Shown: positions 1-14,125 of the stretch, piece after piece
Layout of the letters: each line of letters begins with the position of its first letter
How positions within the stretch are numbered: the first letter of the stretch is position 1
Assembly (NCBI RefSeq): GCF_009914755.1
Contig: NC_060932.1
DNA length: 64,000 nucleotides
DNA from: the human T2T-CHM13v2.0 reference genome, Homo sapiens
Reading direction: 5' to 3' (one strand)
The notes under the pieces: generated by a model
What the model was told of the DNA's origin: nothing
The model's database searches: none
The model's input: only the letters and a program-made list of their open reading frames with translations
Position numbers and translations under genes: made by a program

Positions 1-862
1 AAAATTCTATCTCCCCAATTGACTGAATAGACCCCCTTTTTGGCCAAGGGGATTCCAAAGAAACCTGAAAAACTAGTTCAGGCCATGATGGGAAGTGAGG
101 GATCAGACATACCTCATTATACCCTCACTCTCTTTTGAAGTTTAGACACAGCTGATCAGCATTAACATTAAAACACAGATGTTAAGACTGACACACGCTC
201 TTTGTAGCAATAAGATACCAAATTCCAACCTGCCTCTAGTATAGCATAACATGACAGACAGCAGACCCTGAAAGAAACAAAGTATTTTACCCCAAAATAT
301 ATTTCTTCGACATATTTTGAAGTGGCCCTGCAAAGCTGTCTCTTGAGAAAATTTATATTCTGTAGAGAATCCCCTTCCCTTTCCAGACCTTTTTCTGATT
401 CTAAAGAGATTAGCTGTGGGGTTTGGCACTTTTTAAAGGTCTAAATAGGAAACATTTGTCACCTATTGCCTCTAGGGCAGCCACCTATGAGACCTTATTG
501 CATAATATGAACTATGGTATCTGCTTCTTATTTTAATCCAGACACTACTTTCTATTGATTCCAGGTCTTTAGATAATAACTTAACTCTTTCAACCAATGG
601 CCAATCAGAAAATCTTTGAATCCACCGATGATCTGGAAGCTCCCAACTCCCCCTTCGAAATGTCTTGCCTTTCTGGACCAAACCAAAGTATACATCACAG
701 ATATTGACTGATGTCTTATGTCTCCCTAAAACGTATAAAATCAAGCTGTTTGGGCACATGTTCTCAGGGCCTCCTAAGGCTGTGTCATAGGTTATGATCC
801 TTATCATTGCAAAATAAACTTTGTATTGATTGATACCTGTCTATCATACTTTTGGACTTACA
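1..862 (+). mobile_element. ERV1 LTR, MER4 family (MER4A/B/D-like), 5' end cut by window edge
   Basis: Starts AAAATTCT...GACTGAATAGACCCC...TGGCCAAGGG...AAAACTAGTTCAGGCCATGATGGGAAG, like recalled MER4 LTRs; AATAAA at ~813; ends ...TTTTGGACTTACA. Confidence 0.85.
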
Positions 863-1037
863 TAATGAATCAGGTGACTATTACTTTTGTCAGGTTTTCA
901 TGTGTTTTCAAAATTTAATAGAGCAAATATGTTTTTCTTTTGTATGTAGATATCAATAAATAAAATATATTTTCATTTAAAAATATTTTGCAAATGTATG
1001 GAAGAGTAGACAGCAATTTACATTTAGGATAACCCAC

Positions 1038-1488
1038 TGTCGACCTAAAGGAAGAAGATGAGGCAGAAAATATAATTTTTAAGTGTTTTCTTGAGCCAAT
1101 ATGAGAACAACTGCCCAAGAAACACTTCCAAGTTGCCTTGGGGAGTGGTCCGTTCAGCCTTTATTACAAGTAGGTTTCTAAAGGCAAAAGGAAACAAGGA
1201 GTGGGCTGAACTAAGCTGGAATTCTCATTGGTTTTCAGAAATAACATTGAATAGTGATTAGCTGTACACTGTTGAACTATAATAGGGTATGAGTTATGGT
1301 GTACAGCATTGTTAGGTTAATGTATGGCTACTTGGTGTTGGTCAATCTAAAGCCCACATAGCAAGTAGCTTCAAGAGGTGATTAGTTAGCTCAAGGGGAA
1401 GTGAGATGTTCCCATTTCAATGCCTCTCTGGGCCTGATCATTTAAAGGGGCTCATAGTTCTCAGATAAAAAGTTTCTTTTCTTTCTCA
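1038..1488 (-). mobile_element. ERV1 (MER4-group) solo LTR, MER65/MER93-like
   Basis: Minus strand runs TGAGAAAGAAAAGAAACTTTTTATCTGAG...CTTCTTCCTTTAGGTCGACA (TG..CA ends); the 3' end resembles the LTR at 29262-29936; flanks CCAC/ACAC approximate a 4-bp TSD. Confidence 0.7.
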
Positions 1489-2014
1489 ACACAAACTATG
1501 AACATGGCCACAAATCTAATGTGATCTAGCAATTAAATGAGACCATAAAATAACCTTAGCCATCTTAATCTAATATTCTAATAGTCTTTCTTGCACTGAA
1601 CTGGATAGTTTGGTATGATTTATCAAATTCCATTTCCCCTTTCTTTTAGTTCACTTGTCTCAACCATATTTCCCAATCTCTCCTGAACTTTGGCATGATC
1701 CTATGAGCCCTAGTTTGTACAATGAGATTCAAAGTAACATATATCACCAGATATGTGCTAGATCTCGCACATAAAAGCCTTCCTTTCTTGATCCTTCATT
1801 ATGTTCTGTCCTCCCACTGGCTAACTGGGAGGTCATGCAGGGTGCCCCTAGAAGCCTGTGTTAATGATAGCAGAATCTGGGTCTCTGAAAGGCTATTGGA
1901 GCTTAACCCGCTAAGCCATCCCAGTCATCTGTAACTGTTCTAGACAGTTACATGAATGACAGATGTATTTCTTTTGTTTTGTGTTATTATATTACACTTT
2001 AGGACTATTATTAC

Positions 2015-2215
2015 AATTAATTGAGCACTTACTCTATGCCAGATCATCTGTTGTTGAGATTCTGTATACATTATCTGCAATCATCATCATCCTAATTTCA
2101 CACATGATGAAACCAAATCTCCAGAAATTCTAGTCAATCATCTCAGATTGCTCTTCTAACTTGTTAATGACCAAACAAGGACCGGAACCCAGGTCTTTTA
2201 AAATCCAAATCTATT
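2015..2215 (-). mobile_element. MIR SINE, degraded
   Basis: TTGAGCACTTACTCTATGCCAG...CTAATTTCACACATGATGAAACCAA...GGAACCCAGGTCTTT, reverse MIR core. Confidence 0.65.
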
Positions 2216-2529
2216 TAAACAATGCCTCTGCTGTATTGCCATAATTTTAGAGGGATAAAAACAAACTTGACTGAATTGAAGAAAAAGAAACCGAGAATTG
2301 CAAAATGCCCAAACATTTTCCTACTGGAAGTATTTTATGGAACTGGAGTTATATGACCTGAAGAAAATCAGCTTGAAGCACCTGAAGGCTTGCTATTTGG
2401 GAGCAGGAATATCATTGCCCTTTGCAGCAGAAGTGGGTGATCCAAGGAAGAATTTCAGTTGAACCTAAGAAATGTTCTAATAACTAAAGCTGTCCAACAG
2501 TGAGATGTATTGTCTTCATTTATTAAAGC

Positions 2530-2720
2530 TTCCATTCATTCAACTAACATTGTATTCACATTTTATGCTAGGCATTCCACTAGGTGCAGATGATACTAAG
2601 ATGAATAAGACTTGGTTTATGTCATTAATAATTTACTTTCTAGAAGGAAAAATGCATGCAAAAAAAAAAATACTTGCAGTACAGAACAATAACTGTAATA
2701 ATTGCCTGAAGTTGAAAGCA
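2530..2720 (-). mobile_element. L2 3' fragment
   Basis: TTCATTCAACTAACATTGTATT...ATGCTAGGCATT...GATGAATAAGAC, typical reverse L2 tail. Confidence 0.6.
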
Positions 2721-3822
2721 ATTGGCCCTGTTTGACTTTGCTAGGGAAAATGTTCTAAAACACTGCTCTATGGAATAGTGCCTGTTTAATGAAGTTTTTG
2801 CTACTCCAAAATAAAATGGGAAAAATAAGAAACAGAGAGATATTTTCAAAAGGCTAATTTATTCTTGTTGTCAGATTATTTGCATGTTTCCTTTTTGATG
2901 TTAAATGTTCTTTTTTATGAAATGATGTGGTTGTAGCTGGTGGCTTGTTACTTGCTTTGTGTTTTATGTTAATATCTTTACTTTGCAGAATAAAACTTTA
3001 GCAACTCCATGTTGCCTCAAAAATTGTTAAATGAAATGTCACTAGCCCATTATAAGCCATAGTCTAATTTGAGCTGGATGTTGAAAGCTAAATACAAGTT
3101 TACCAGATAAATATAGGTTTTCCAGGTAGAAGTGTGTAGTCACAAAAGCACAGGGATTCAAACACTGCCTGAATTATATTGTGATCCTTAACTAATTCTC
3201 TCTTGCTGGAATATTGAATATCCCAAGGAGAGTGACAAAAACAATAAGCTGCAGAAATTGATAGGTGCCACATCACATCAACCTTTTGTACCATGCTAAA
3301 TTTGATATGATTCTATAGGCAACAGGGACCTATCAAAGAAGTTTTCAGGCTGTCAGTCAGTGCAACAGTATTTTTAATATGGATCCTCAGACTGTTATTC
3401 AGTGCTCATTCCATTTTCTCTTGTACTTGAGTTTTTACAGTCTGTGATTGTGACATTTTTAGACCTGGCAAGTCTACACAATAAAAAATAACATTCATGT
3501 TAGACATCTTTTTCTCCCATATTCCAAAAACAATACTTTCTTATGGCGTTCTTGCTGACTTATTTTTAGTAGAAAAGATGTAAATAACATGATCTTGTTT
3601 ATGTTTTAGAAAGAGCACAGCCTTATGTAGAAGCTGAATTGGAAAGGGACAGTACACTGGGACCAACTGGGTGATGAGTTAGAAGCCTGATGCAGCAGTG
3701 AGTTCCCTGAAGTTAAGAAGACTTGCAGCACTAAATATATCATCATGGCTCACAGTCCTTTCACTGAAATGATCCTTTCAACTCTTAAAAGGGTACATTA
3801 ATTTCCAGTTTAAAGGAACATG

Positions 3823-4121
3823 GGCCGGGCGCGGTGGCTCATGCCTGTAATCTCGGCACTTTGGGAGGCCGAGGAGGGTGGATCACCTGAGTTTAGGAGT
3901 TTAAGACCAGCCTGGCCAACATGGTGGAATCCCGTCTCTACTAAAAATACAAAAATTAGCCGGCTGTGGGGGGTGCGCACCTGTAGTCTCAGCTATCTAG
4001 GAGGCTGAGGCAGGAGAATCATTTGAACTCTGGAGGTGGAGGTTGCAGTGAGCTGGGATTGCACCACTGCACTACAGCCTGGGTGAGAGCGAGACTCTGT
4101 GCCAAAAAAACAAAACAAAAA
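3823..4121 (+). mobile_element. AluS (Sx/Sz-like), full length
   Basis: GGCCGGGCGCGGTGGCTC start, dimeric structure, A tail, TSD AAAGGAAC(A/G)TG. Confidence 0.97.
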
Positions 4122-7100
4122 AAAGGAACGTGGACACTAAAAACAGATATATGTAAGAATGATCATAGTGAAAGTCACAGAAAGATTGCATTTAAATTTT
4201 TGTTCTTGCTTTCCTATTTTCTCCAGTCTGACAGATTCTGCATGTTTCTGCTTTTCCTCTCCTGTACGTTTTTTTAAAAAAGCAGCACAGGACAATTCCT
4301 GACATTATCTCTTTAAAATGTATGATATCTTCCTACACATTATGTACCCGCTTCCATGCAAACCTGACTACAGTCTACTAATGTATAGACAGTCTTATCC
4401 AGACAACATCTATATGGCAAGTTTACTAAAGTTCCTTCAGCAAAATAAATTTATAAAATAAAATAAGAACCAGAATCACAACAAATTGCCATCTCAAAAA
4501 GCCTTGGTAAATTGATACTTCAAAATAATATTGAATTTAAATCTTTGAAAGGATGTGATTTGAATGGATTTAAGCATAGCATAGCTATTCCAGGTGAGAT
4601 TCATATTTAATCAATAATTTAATATTTCTTTGCTTAGAGGTGAGTTATGCTAGAAGTTTTTGTCAAACTGCAATCAGCACCATCAACAGCTTAACCTTTC
4701 CTCCATCAATTACTTCTTGATCTCTAGTACTAATAATCAAGAGGCTATTATAATTGTTTCTGGAGCCACTAAGATCTCAGTTCTTAGCAATTGATGCTAA
4801 TTTTTATATTCTACAATAATTAACATTAATCTCGTTTTTTCCTCTGTTGGTTTCAACTGCTGAGAATATATAGAAACTATGGCTGATATTATAATGTACT
4901 GTCAAAATGATTTTCAGCATGCCGAATCAAGCCTAAAAATATACTGAAAATATAAATAAGTTGGTTTCTCAGTCAATGCCACAATACTTTTAATGTGGGT
5001 GTTCAAACTACTATTCAGTGTTCATGTTGTTTTTAACTTGGGTTTTACAGTAAGAGATTATTACCTTTTGAAACCTGGCATATCTACCCAGTGAAAAATA
5101 GCATTCATGTTATATATCTCTTCCTTCTTTACTTCAAAAACAATGCTTTTTCAGGATATTTCTTTATCACCTACTTCTACATAGAAAAGATAAAAATCGA
5201 CAGAAATGTGCATAGCAGCCATTTTGCCAAAAAGCAGGACGCAGCAAAGGGAGGTATGAGTCAGGTCTATATTGTGCTCATTCTCTTGATGATCCCAGCA
5301 TAATGAAACTAAAATCCTACATGGCAAATTCCCTGGAATTTCACATTTTGATTCTGTTCAGTCAGTAAATGTTATTTTGCTTGGTGCTTAATCTTGTTAA
5401 ATAAGGAAGAAATTTCCACAAGGTTTGGTACCACATCCAAAACCAACTTTCTCATATGAACATAAACATTGACTCAACAGCTCTAAAGGTCCTGAACTTC
5501 AGGGTGTGGGATGAAACTACTTTGTGGGTTTATGTCTGGTGTTTGCTGTTTTTCAGTGTTTATGTATCAGAATCTCACCAGCAACTACGTGACATGTTGG
5601 ATAAGCAAGGTGTTAAGTTGAAGTCAAAGTTTTATAACAATCTGAAAAAAGCATCATTTAAATTTAAAATAAGGGAGGCAAATACTCCTGTGTGATCTCA
5701 GTTAGGTATGTACACAAAGGTTTACAAAGGATCTTAGCTTCTCTACTTTATATAAACAGATTTTCCTTCTAAATTCACTGTGGTAATGACATGAGGTAAC
5801 ATATATAACCTACAAGGTCACGTTCCAACCATAATCCAACCGTTCTGGTGGCTCCATATTAGCAAGCTGTACAGTCTTTGTTTTTAACTTAATGGCCACA
5901 CGTTATGCCATTTTGTGAGACACAGGTTCATTAGACCTTCTGTTCAAGAGCCTTAAGGCCACAATTCATTCTGACTCTGCAATTACCGGTGATAATTTTT
6001 ATATGCAGCCAAAATTTTCAATCACAGTGGGAAGGTTTGCATAATGTGTGGCTTTTTGCTGTTCTTTCTGATAATCCCATGTTGGGGGAAAAAATCATTA
6101 AAGATGTATGCTGGAAAAGCATCCATACTGCATGTGCCAATTTACTGTTTTTCAAAAGAGCAAACTCTAGGAAAGGGAATATGGGGAAATAGAAGATATC
6201 AGCACATTTGATTTTTTTTATAAACAGTTTATGTTGGTTTGTGATAGATATAAACCAGGAGGAAGATAGCTGGTAACCTTCCTTGTTGGTTATACTACGT
6301 AAAAGCACCAGTCTTCAAAGCTTTTTAGTTCTTTGAAATATATTCACTGTAAGTTACACCTTTAGGTGAGTTCTCCTAAATATATAGTGCTTTTGAAATT
6401 AATCTTGAAAGCAACCAACTAAATTTTTAGATTATAAGTTATTGTCACTGAGCCTTTTCTACTAATTTAAGAGATGCTGAGTGGAAGTCTGTCAGGCAAG
6501 AATTTAAATCACTTCTGGCCAAAAACTTGGAGTGAATCCATTAGAAACCCGATGTTATGCAGAAACTCTAATTGGAAGACAAATAAAGAGAGAGCTATTC
6601 CTATGCAGGATCCTGGGGTTTGATTTGTAGGTTATCAGTACACGCTGACCTAGAACAGATTTTACGAGACAGAAAGAGTCTGTGCGTTTAAATAAACAAA
6701 TATGAAATCATGTCAACTGACCACTGTTTTCAAAGATTACAGTCTGACACCATAAAAGCTCAAGAGACATTATTTCTACCCAGGAATTCTGTGGCTGTTG
6801 GGGTACGTTCGAAGTGCTTAAAGAAAAGAGAGGAGCTTGAAAAAATACATTGAGAGGTTGCAATATTAATTAAACTTACACGCTAAGAAGAAAGAAAAAG
6901 AGAGAGATAGAGGGAGGGTAAGAGAGAGAGACAAAGACAGAAATATGGTAGCAACAGTGAAAGCTTTCCTTGAGAGCTGAATTAAATTGTTTTGAGCAAA
7001 GTGCATGCATCCTTTAGACTGGAGGAGGAACCATGTATTAATAGTCCCAGAATTTTCGATGAGGGGAGCTCTGTGTTGACCTGCAAACCCAGAGAGGAAT

Positions 7101-7189
7101 GAAACTGATTTATATTACACACAGCATATTTACCTTTACTCTCTAGCAGCAACAGGCCAGCAGGGCAGCCGTGTTGCTCTGATGCATAA

Positions 7190-7385
7190 CCAGTGACTTG
7201 GGTTCCAGTCTCATGTAGGCTAGTGACTGGATAGGCCATTTCAGGTAAATCACTTAGACTTCATTGCCATCAGTTTTTCTCAGCTTTAAAATGTGGATAA
7301 TACTGATTTTCAAAGACTAGGACAGGTTTAAACGATATAATATGTGACTGTTTGGGCTTTGTAATAAATATACACTATACATTTG
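7190..7385 (+). mobile_element. MIR SINE
   Basis: GGGTTCCAGTCTC...GGTAAATCACTTAGACTT...CAGTTTTTCTCAGCTTTAAAATGTGGATAATA core. Confidence 0.65.
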
Positions 7386-8171
7386 TCAATGATTCATTAA
7401 TTTTGGGAGGAAGCAGACTTTTCTGTGGAGAAAAGGCACAGACCAAAACTCTGGTAATCTTATGTTCACTGAGGGAAACAAAATGGAAGAACACCACCTG
7501 GCATATAATAATTATTAACTCTCTTCCCTGGCCTGGCAATTTCCCCATCGTAACACAGGCTACTGCCACAAATTCCTGGAATTGATTCAATGCACATGTC
7601 CTTGTTTCCAAGACCCTAAGTAAGTTGCTAGGATACCACTGGGACCTTTTAGCACTTTATTTTCCTTTTCTCAGTATACTATTGGAGAGGTACGTCCTTT
7701 TATAAATTGGAACATAATATATTCCTCAACTTGACACATAATGGCCCATAAGTCTGTGTTGCATATAACTAGCTATGTTAAATTTAACAATACTAAGTCT
7801 TTTAGGTGATAATTGTTGGATACTTTAGGCCTATATTCTTTAACAGTTTTTAGGATATGTTTCAAACACTCAGTTTTTGCTGCAAACATTTCCTCAACTA
7901 CCGACAATTAGTGAATGCAAAAATGTGGTAAAGGAACAAAATTTCCAGGTAAAACTGGTGTCATTTATGTGCATATGTGTTCCAAATATTTTAATTGTGC
8001 TTCAAAAGGAGGTACTATATTATCAGGTGGATTAATAATGATATCATTTTCTAGTTTTCTCTCAAACTAAATGAATAACCATCTATGGAATCTTTAGCCC
8101 CACCCTACTTCCACTTTCTATGAAGGGAGAAAAAGGGAAGTGGACATGTTATTTAACTGTTGAACAAGTGA

Positions 8172-8184
8172 GTTGCCTAGCAAC
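8172..8184. promoter_or_regulatory. RFX X-box motif in unique sequence
   Basis: GTTGCCTAGCAAC matches GTNRCC-N(0-3)-RGYAAC; function not shown. Confidence 0.35.
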
Positions 8185-11100
8185 AAAAAACAAGTTTCAA
8201 AAGATTAGGTCAATAATGTCCAACTAAATCTAAGAGCAGTCAAACAGCATGCCCTTGGGTATCAGACCCCAGTTTGGGTTCTAAAATTCAAACATACAAT
8301 CTTTACTATGTATTTTCAATAATATCAATTTATTTAAAATTGAGTTTCAAACAAAAGTCACGGCAAAATGATAAAACTAAAGTAATCCATGATAAATTCA
8401 TTTCCACAGAACCTCAAAGTTGTGGATTCTCCCCTAATGTTTAGGTTCAAATTGTCCTGTACTTTCCAAGACAGGACAAGAATTTGCAGTACAGTTATTA
8501 AATGAGAGAATTCTGTTGCATTAAGGTAGTCAGCTATTTCCTCATCTGGGCAGGCTGAATCTTTCCCAGTTTAGATCAATGAGTATGTGTATGGGTCTAC
8601 AGGAAGTCAAATTTACTCAGCGGCTTGTGAATTTTGAATTCACAGAAGATTTTATGGATGATGTAAAAGAGGTGATTCAAATCCCACACCCCACGTTAAT
8701 TGCATTGAGTAATCTGTTTGATTTGGTTTCTTCAACCTATCCTTTGGCCACTACTAGTGGTCCCCCAGTGCCTTCCTTTGACAGCCCCTCAGCCTTTGAT
8801 CTGTTGTGTGCAAAGTGTTTCATCTCTTCCCCAATTCCTCTGTCACACTCATCTAGGAACCCAGCAAGGCCTAAGGCAGTGTAGCCTGATGTTGCGACTG
8901 TATCATCCTGGGAGAAAGGGGAATCACAGCCATCACCACAAGAAGTTTAGTACCATTTCCAAGAAAAATCTCAAGTCCTAGCTTAGGTATCACCTGAACC
9001 ACTTGCTGAAAAAAAATGAAAAGATCTGAGATTTGAAAAATAACTGTTTGCTAAGACATCAAAGTGAACATGACTGTTTCCTACAAGAGATGAGTCCCAG
9101 TGTCTAAAATAGCCTCTTCTCATTCTCATGTGCAATGGGATATGAATGCAGATTCACAAAGAAACTTTCTAATTAGTACACAAAGGGAAATTCTAGGAAG
9201 AGTGGAACTCATGTGAATTGCATGAAAAAAGCCATTCAGCTACCTTTGAATCATGACTTTTCCCCTAATTTCATAACCTTTTCTCTAAATTCAAAACACA
9301 CAGCAAAAAGGCAACAGAAGCAAGGAAGGAAGAAACAGGCTACCTCAATAGTTGATTAAATTCCTGAGATTTTCCTACCTAGGGGGTGTTCTGGGATAAA
9401 AAACAATTTGAAGAAATAGTCAAACCCTCTGATTTAGTATAGGATTTCTCCTTTCAAATACAAAGCTTGAACTGATTCTAATGAGTGTGCTGGGAAGTGT
9501 CAAACTGAAACTGCTGATGCTTTTCTTTCCTACTCCACAGTACTTCCACATTGAGTCCTAGGTTTAAAAAAATCAGCTATTCTTTTCTATTATTTTCCTT
9601 TTTATCTTATTTAAAGGAAAACAAACAGTGAATGCTTTGAAATGAACTTGACATATTAACCATGATCATTGCTACATGCCCTGCTTTTATTTCTCAAAAG
9701 TTCACAACAGGTCTCTTCTTTCTAAGTCTCAGAAGCTGTGCTAAGCCACATAGATCACTTGAGGACTCATAGTTTAACCTTCTCCCATAATCCTAAACTA
9801 GAGTCAGACTTGAGGAATGAGATCTTGTTGGCTCTTTCCCAAGACTACATTCAAGACTACTCATCATTTGCTTAGCCTCTTCAACCAGCTTATTTCATTG
9901 TCTCTCTGGTTCACAGCAGCTTTATCTTACAACTGGCCTAAGCTGGAATTAACAAGCTGAATTTCCCAAAACACTAATCAAAACTACTTGCAGAAAACAC
10001 ATTATCTTCAGTTTCCTATAACTCCAAACATAGGGGAAACTAAAAAGAGCTGATTCATTTTGCATTTTCTATTTGGGTTTGTAACAGGATGTCGGAATGT
10101 CTCTAATAATATGAGCATTGTCCTTCAAGATGGTCATATCTAGATACTGAGTGCTTTCTCTAATAAAGTTCCCATTGTTAAAACTGTGAACAATGCTTTG
10201 AACATTCTGCTTTGGAATTACCTTCACTACTGATTTACATGTAATATGAGGGATATCATACTACTTTTTGACCACACCTCACAAAGGTCAAAATTTTCTC
10301 AAAGAAAATTAAATGGTGTGGTTTAGACACAAAGTTTTGAGTGTCTTTGAGAAATGATCCAGTATAACTATTCAAGACAAAGGCTGTGGAAATCTTAGAC
10401 CATAGTTACGAGTCAAAACAAAAATAAAGCAAGCTGTGCCTTCCATATATGCCTGAGGCTATGTCTCCAAAAATTTCTAGTTAAGTGTAAAATGTTCAGC
10501 CAATTATTTTCTTATGCACTGCCAAAAAGTCTTATTTGATTTCGTTACTTATTTTATGTATTTATGCGTTTTATACCCAATCAACTAGTCATAATATCTG
10601 CACAGACTCAGTTTCAGGAAGATCTCTGCTTCAGACTCAGAGTATAATCATTAAGATAGTAACATAATAAAAATCCTTTCAAGAATCTTTATTACTTATT
10701 TATTCTAAAATAAATTCTTCATAATCACGATGGTTTATCTCAACTCTCTACAGAGCCTGCAAAAAGTAATAAGACTTTAAACTTCAGGTGCTTCAACACC
10801 TAAATTTCCTACAATAAAGATTTATATTTAAAAAGTCTCTTATTTTAAATGTTTAAATGTTCAAGGGTTTGGGGTACAACAGTATGAGTTATCATGTTCA
10901 TGTAAAGGGATAAAATACTCTGCAGAAAAGCCAGAAGGATGTAGAATTGAATGTCAATGTCTAAGTTTTATGTGAATGAAACAGAGTGCTATGTATTGGA
11001 ATGCCCTGAGGAGTGCAGGCAGCCGTAAAAAAAAAGTTTCAACAGAGAAAGTGGCCCATTTGTTGTCTGAATTACAAGGTCATTGCATTGGTCTATACAG

Positions 11101-12054
11101 CAAGCATCAAATTAATTACTTCTCTTTCAGATTTGACAATAAGAAGACAATAAAGCATAAGTGGTGATAGACATATATAGTTCAGTTAAATGAGACCGAA
11201 TTGTACTAAATCATAACATGATCATGGTTGATTACAGCATTAACAATCCAACCATGCAAATTCATATATACAGAAAATGTACATGCACTCACATACAGAG
11301 GATGAACTATGTGATTGAGAATCTGTGGGTTATGTTTGCGTGTCACATTTCTTTAAGAAATATTAACCAAAAACACCACTCAGAGGTGAAAGAATCCTTC
11401 ACCAACCAAAAAATACTCTTGCAAATGGAACACAGAAATTCTGACATTTGAACAAAAATTAAACATTGAAATGTATTAGGTCATGCCAAACATTATTGAT
11501 GAATATATGTACAAACAATTTATGATGAACACTAGAAATTTTCTTGCTTGCATAATGCAAGGTATTATATCATTATTAATATCACTATTTTATCATTTGT
11601 ATATAAAAGACAACAGATATCCTCTTCAAATTATTGAATTTTAAGTATTTATCTACAAAGGATTTGAAAAATTGATTCAAAAATGGTGATAGAGTATGTG
11701 TTATTATCCCGGTGTATTACTGAATGTGTCAAAATCCTTTACACACTGAATGTAAATTATCCCTAAAAATCATATTTAAAATTTGTTCCACCCTTGCTTA
11801 TATTTTTGGGGTGACTGAAGCAGTCCCTGATTAGTTAGCAAGCACTTCTTTAGTATATGCTGTAAACAAAGGTCCAACCAAATTGGATCCGGTTTAGCCA
11901 ATAGAAATCTAGCTGTCAAAATCTGCTCCAGCTTTCAATGTCTTAGACTTTCATTTTCTAAGTGGACATGAACCTGAAGTTTGGTCTAGTCTCCAAATAA
12001 GAAAACTGCCACTCTAAATGTGATTATCTTCATGCTGCACCCTAGTGATCATCC

Positions 12055-12295
12055 AGTGTGGTGTAGTAGAATGAATGCAGGATATGGAGTCAGGACACTG
12101 ATAAAAATCCCGCAGATACAAAACACTCTTCAGAGATAGCTGTGTAACGTGGGGCAACTGGGTCTTCTAGATGTGTAGCTTTGGGCAACTCGTTTGCATT
12201 TCTGACCCTCTTATTTGTTTTCCAATAAAAAAAATGGAGATTTTATCATGCTTGCATAAATCTAGAATAATCCATGCCATAAAGATTAGATTTGA
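12055..12295 (+). mobile_element. MIR SINE
   Basis: CAGTGTGGTGTAGTAGAATGA...GGAGTCAGGAC...GCTGTGTAAC...TTTGGGCAACT...AAAATGGAGAT. Confidence 0.65.
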
Positions 12296-12307
12296 AATGA
12301 TAGTTAC

Positions 12308-12866
12308 TCTGATGATTAATTTTAGGTGTCAACTTGACTGGATTAAGGGATACCCAGATTGCTGGTAAGCTATTATTTCTGAGTATGCCTGTGAGAGTGT
12401 TTCCAGAAGAGACTGACATTTTCATCACTGAGCTGAATAAGGAAGATCCATCCTCACCAATGTAGTCAGGCACCACCCAATCAGCTGAGGGCCCAGATAG
12501 AACAAAAAGAGGAAGGATGAATTCTTTCTCTCTCTTCTGGAGCTGCAACACCCATCTTCTCTTGCCCTTGGATGTCAGAACTCCAGGTTCTCTAGCCTTT
12601 GGACTCTAGGACTTGCACCAGGGGCTCACCCCAGATTCTCAGGCCTCTGACCACTGACGGAGAGGTACACCATTTGCTTCCCTGGTTCTGAGGCCTTCGT
12701 ACTTGAACTGAACCATGCTCTAGGCTTCCCTGGTTCTGCAGCTTGCAGACAGCAGATCACGGGACTTCTCAGCGTTTATAATTATGTGAGCTAATTCCCC
12801 TAATAAATCCCCTCTCATCTATCTATACTATTGATTCTGCCTCTCAAGAGAACCCTGCTTGATATG
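12308..12866 (+). mobile_element. ERVL solo LTR MLT2 (MLT2B/D-like)
   Basis: GATGATTAATTTTAGGTGTCAACTTGACTGGATTAAGGGATACCCAG start; AATAAA; ends GAGAACCCTG..GATA; flanks GTTAC/GTTTC approximate a 5-bp TSD. Confidence 0.9.
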
Positions 12867-13023
12867 GTTTCCTTTTATAAAACTATTTTCTCAGTAGTAA
12901 TATACTTTTTACATTCTTGAATTTATGCATTCTGCTTTTCAAAGTAATACCTACAAATGCCACACCTGAATCTCCACTGATGTCTTTGCATTACAGCTAT
13001 TAATACATGTACATATATGTGTG

Positions 13024-13399
13024 TGTTTTATGGACTGAATATTTGTTCTCCCTAAATTCGTATGTTGAAGCCCTAGCCACCAATGCCTAACCACCAATGT
13101 GTTGGTATTTGGAGATGGGTCTCTGGGAGAAAATTAGGTTTAGATGACATCACAAGGGTGGGACCCCTATGATGGGATTAGTGTCTTTATAAGAAAAGGA
13201 AGAGAATCAAGAGCTCCCTCTCCTCCCTGCCACCTCCTGCCCCACCCTGTGAGGACACAATCAGAAGTTGGCCATCTGCAACCCAGAAAGAAAGCCCTCT
13301 GCTACCTTTATCTGGGACTTCCCAGCCTCCAAAAATATGATAAATAAATTCCTACTGCTTAAATCATCTACTCTATGGCAGCCTGAGAGAACTAAAACA
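13024..13399 (+). mobile_element. MaLR solo LTR MLT1A/MLT1A0
   Basis: TATGGACTGAATATTTGT...GTTGAAGCCCTA...GATGGGATTAGTGTCTTTATAAGA...ATGGCAGCCTGAG..AACTAAAACA. Confidence 0.85.
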
Positions 13400-13404
13400 T
13401 AATT

Positions 13405-13446
13405 ACACACACACACACACACACAAAGATACATACAAACACACAC
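13405..13446. repeat. (CA)n microsatellite
   Basis: ACACAC run with imperfect tail. Confidence 0.85.
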
Positions 13447-13834
13447 TCAGGTATGTGTATTTTTTTTCAAATTTAAATTTTCAAAAGGAAAAATATAATC
13501 CAAATACCCAGTATGATTTTAGCCTCTTTAATCTAGGTTTTTTTCTATATGCCTTCTCTTTGGGTTTAAGGACAATCATTATTGGTCTCTTCTTGTCAGT
13601 GGAAACTTACAACGGAGAGAAGGAATTTGGATTTTATCTCACAGGTAATAAGAAGTCACTTTTCATACTTGGACAGGGAGTTAAAAATAAAGAATATTAG
13701 TCTGGCTACTCTGTGTAGGATATCCAAGGTAGATCAAATGTAAGAAGTCTAGAGGCTGCTCATGTTATTCAAGTTCAAAATGATAAATGGTAAATTAGAA
13801 TTGTGCTTATAAAAATACAAATAATTGTATTGAT

Positions 13835-14125
13835 GCTTTGGAGTTGAATGTGCCTGAGTTTAGTTCTTGCTTCCATGATGACTAGCTCTGTGGTATTAAG
13901 TCTCGACTTCACTACGTCTCAGGATTCTTCTTAAAATGGGATTAATAAAGCCAACCCACTGCAAGATTGGTATAGGGTTTTCAAAAGCCAGAGCTGTTAA
14001 TAGTCAGAACTGATATTGGCAGCCAGTTCCCAATGACTAGATCTGGATCCAAGCGGGTATGGAGATTAAATGAGATGGTTAATGCTGAGTGCTGAGCAAA
14101 GTGCTTAACACATAGTACATCTGCT
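13835..14125 (+). mobile_element. MIR SINE, interrupted
   Basis: GCTTTGGAGTTGAA..CCTGAGTTTAG...AAAATGGGATTAATAA...GATTAAATGAGATG...AAAGTGCTTAACACATAG. Confidence 0.65.

Noticed and set aside
7153-7172. GGCCAGCAGGGCAGC, CTCF-like
   Set aside because: Spacing does not fit the CCASYAGRKGGCR core.
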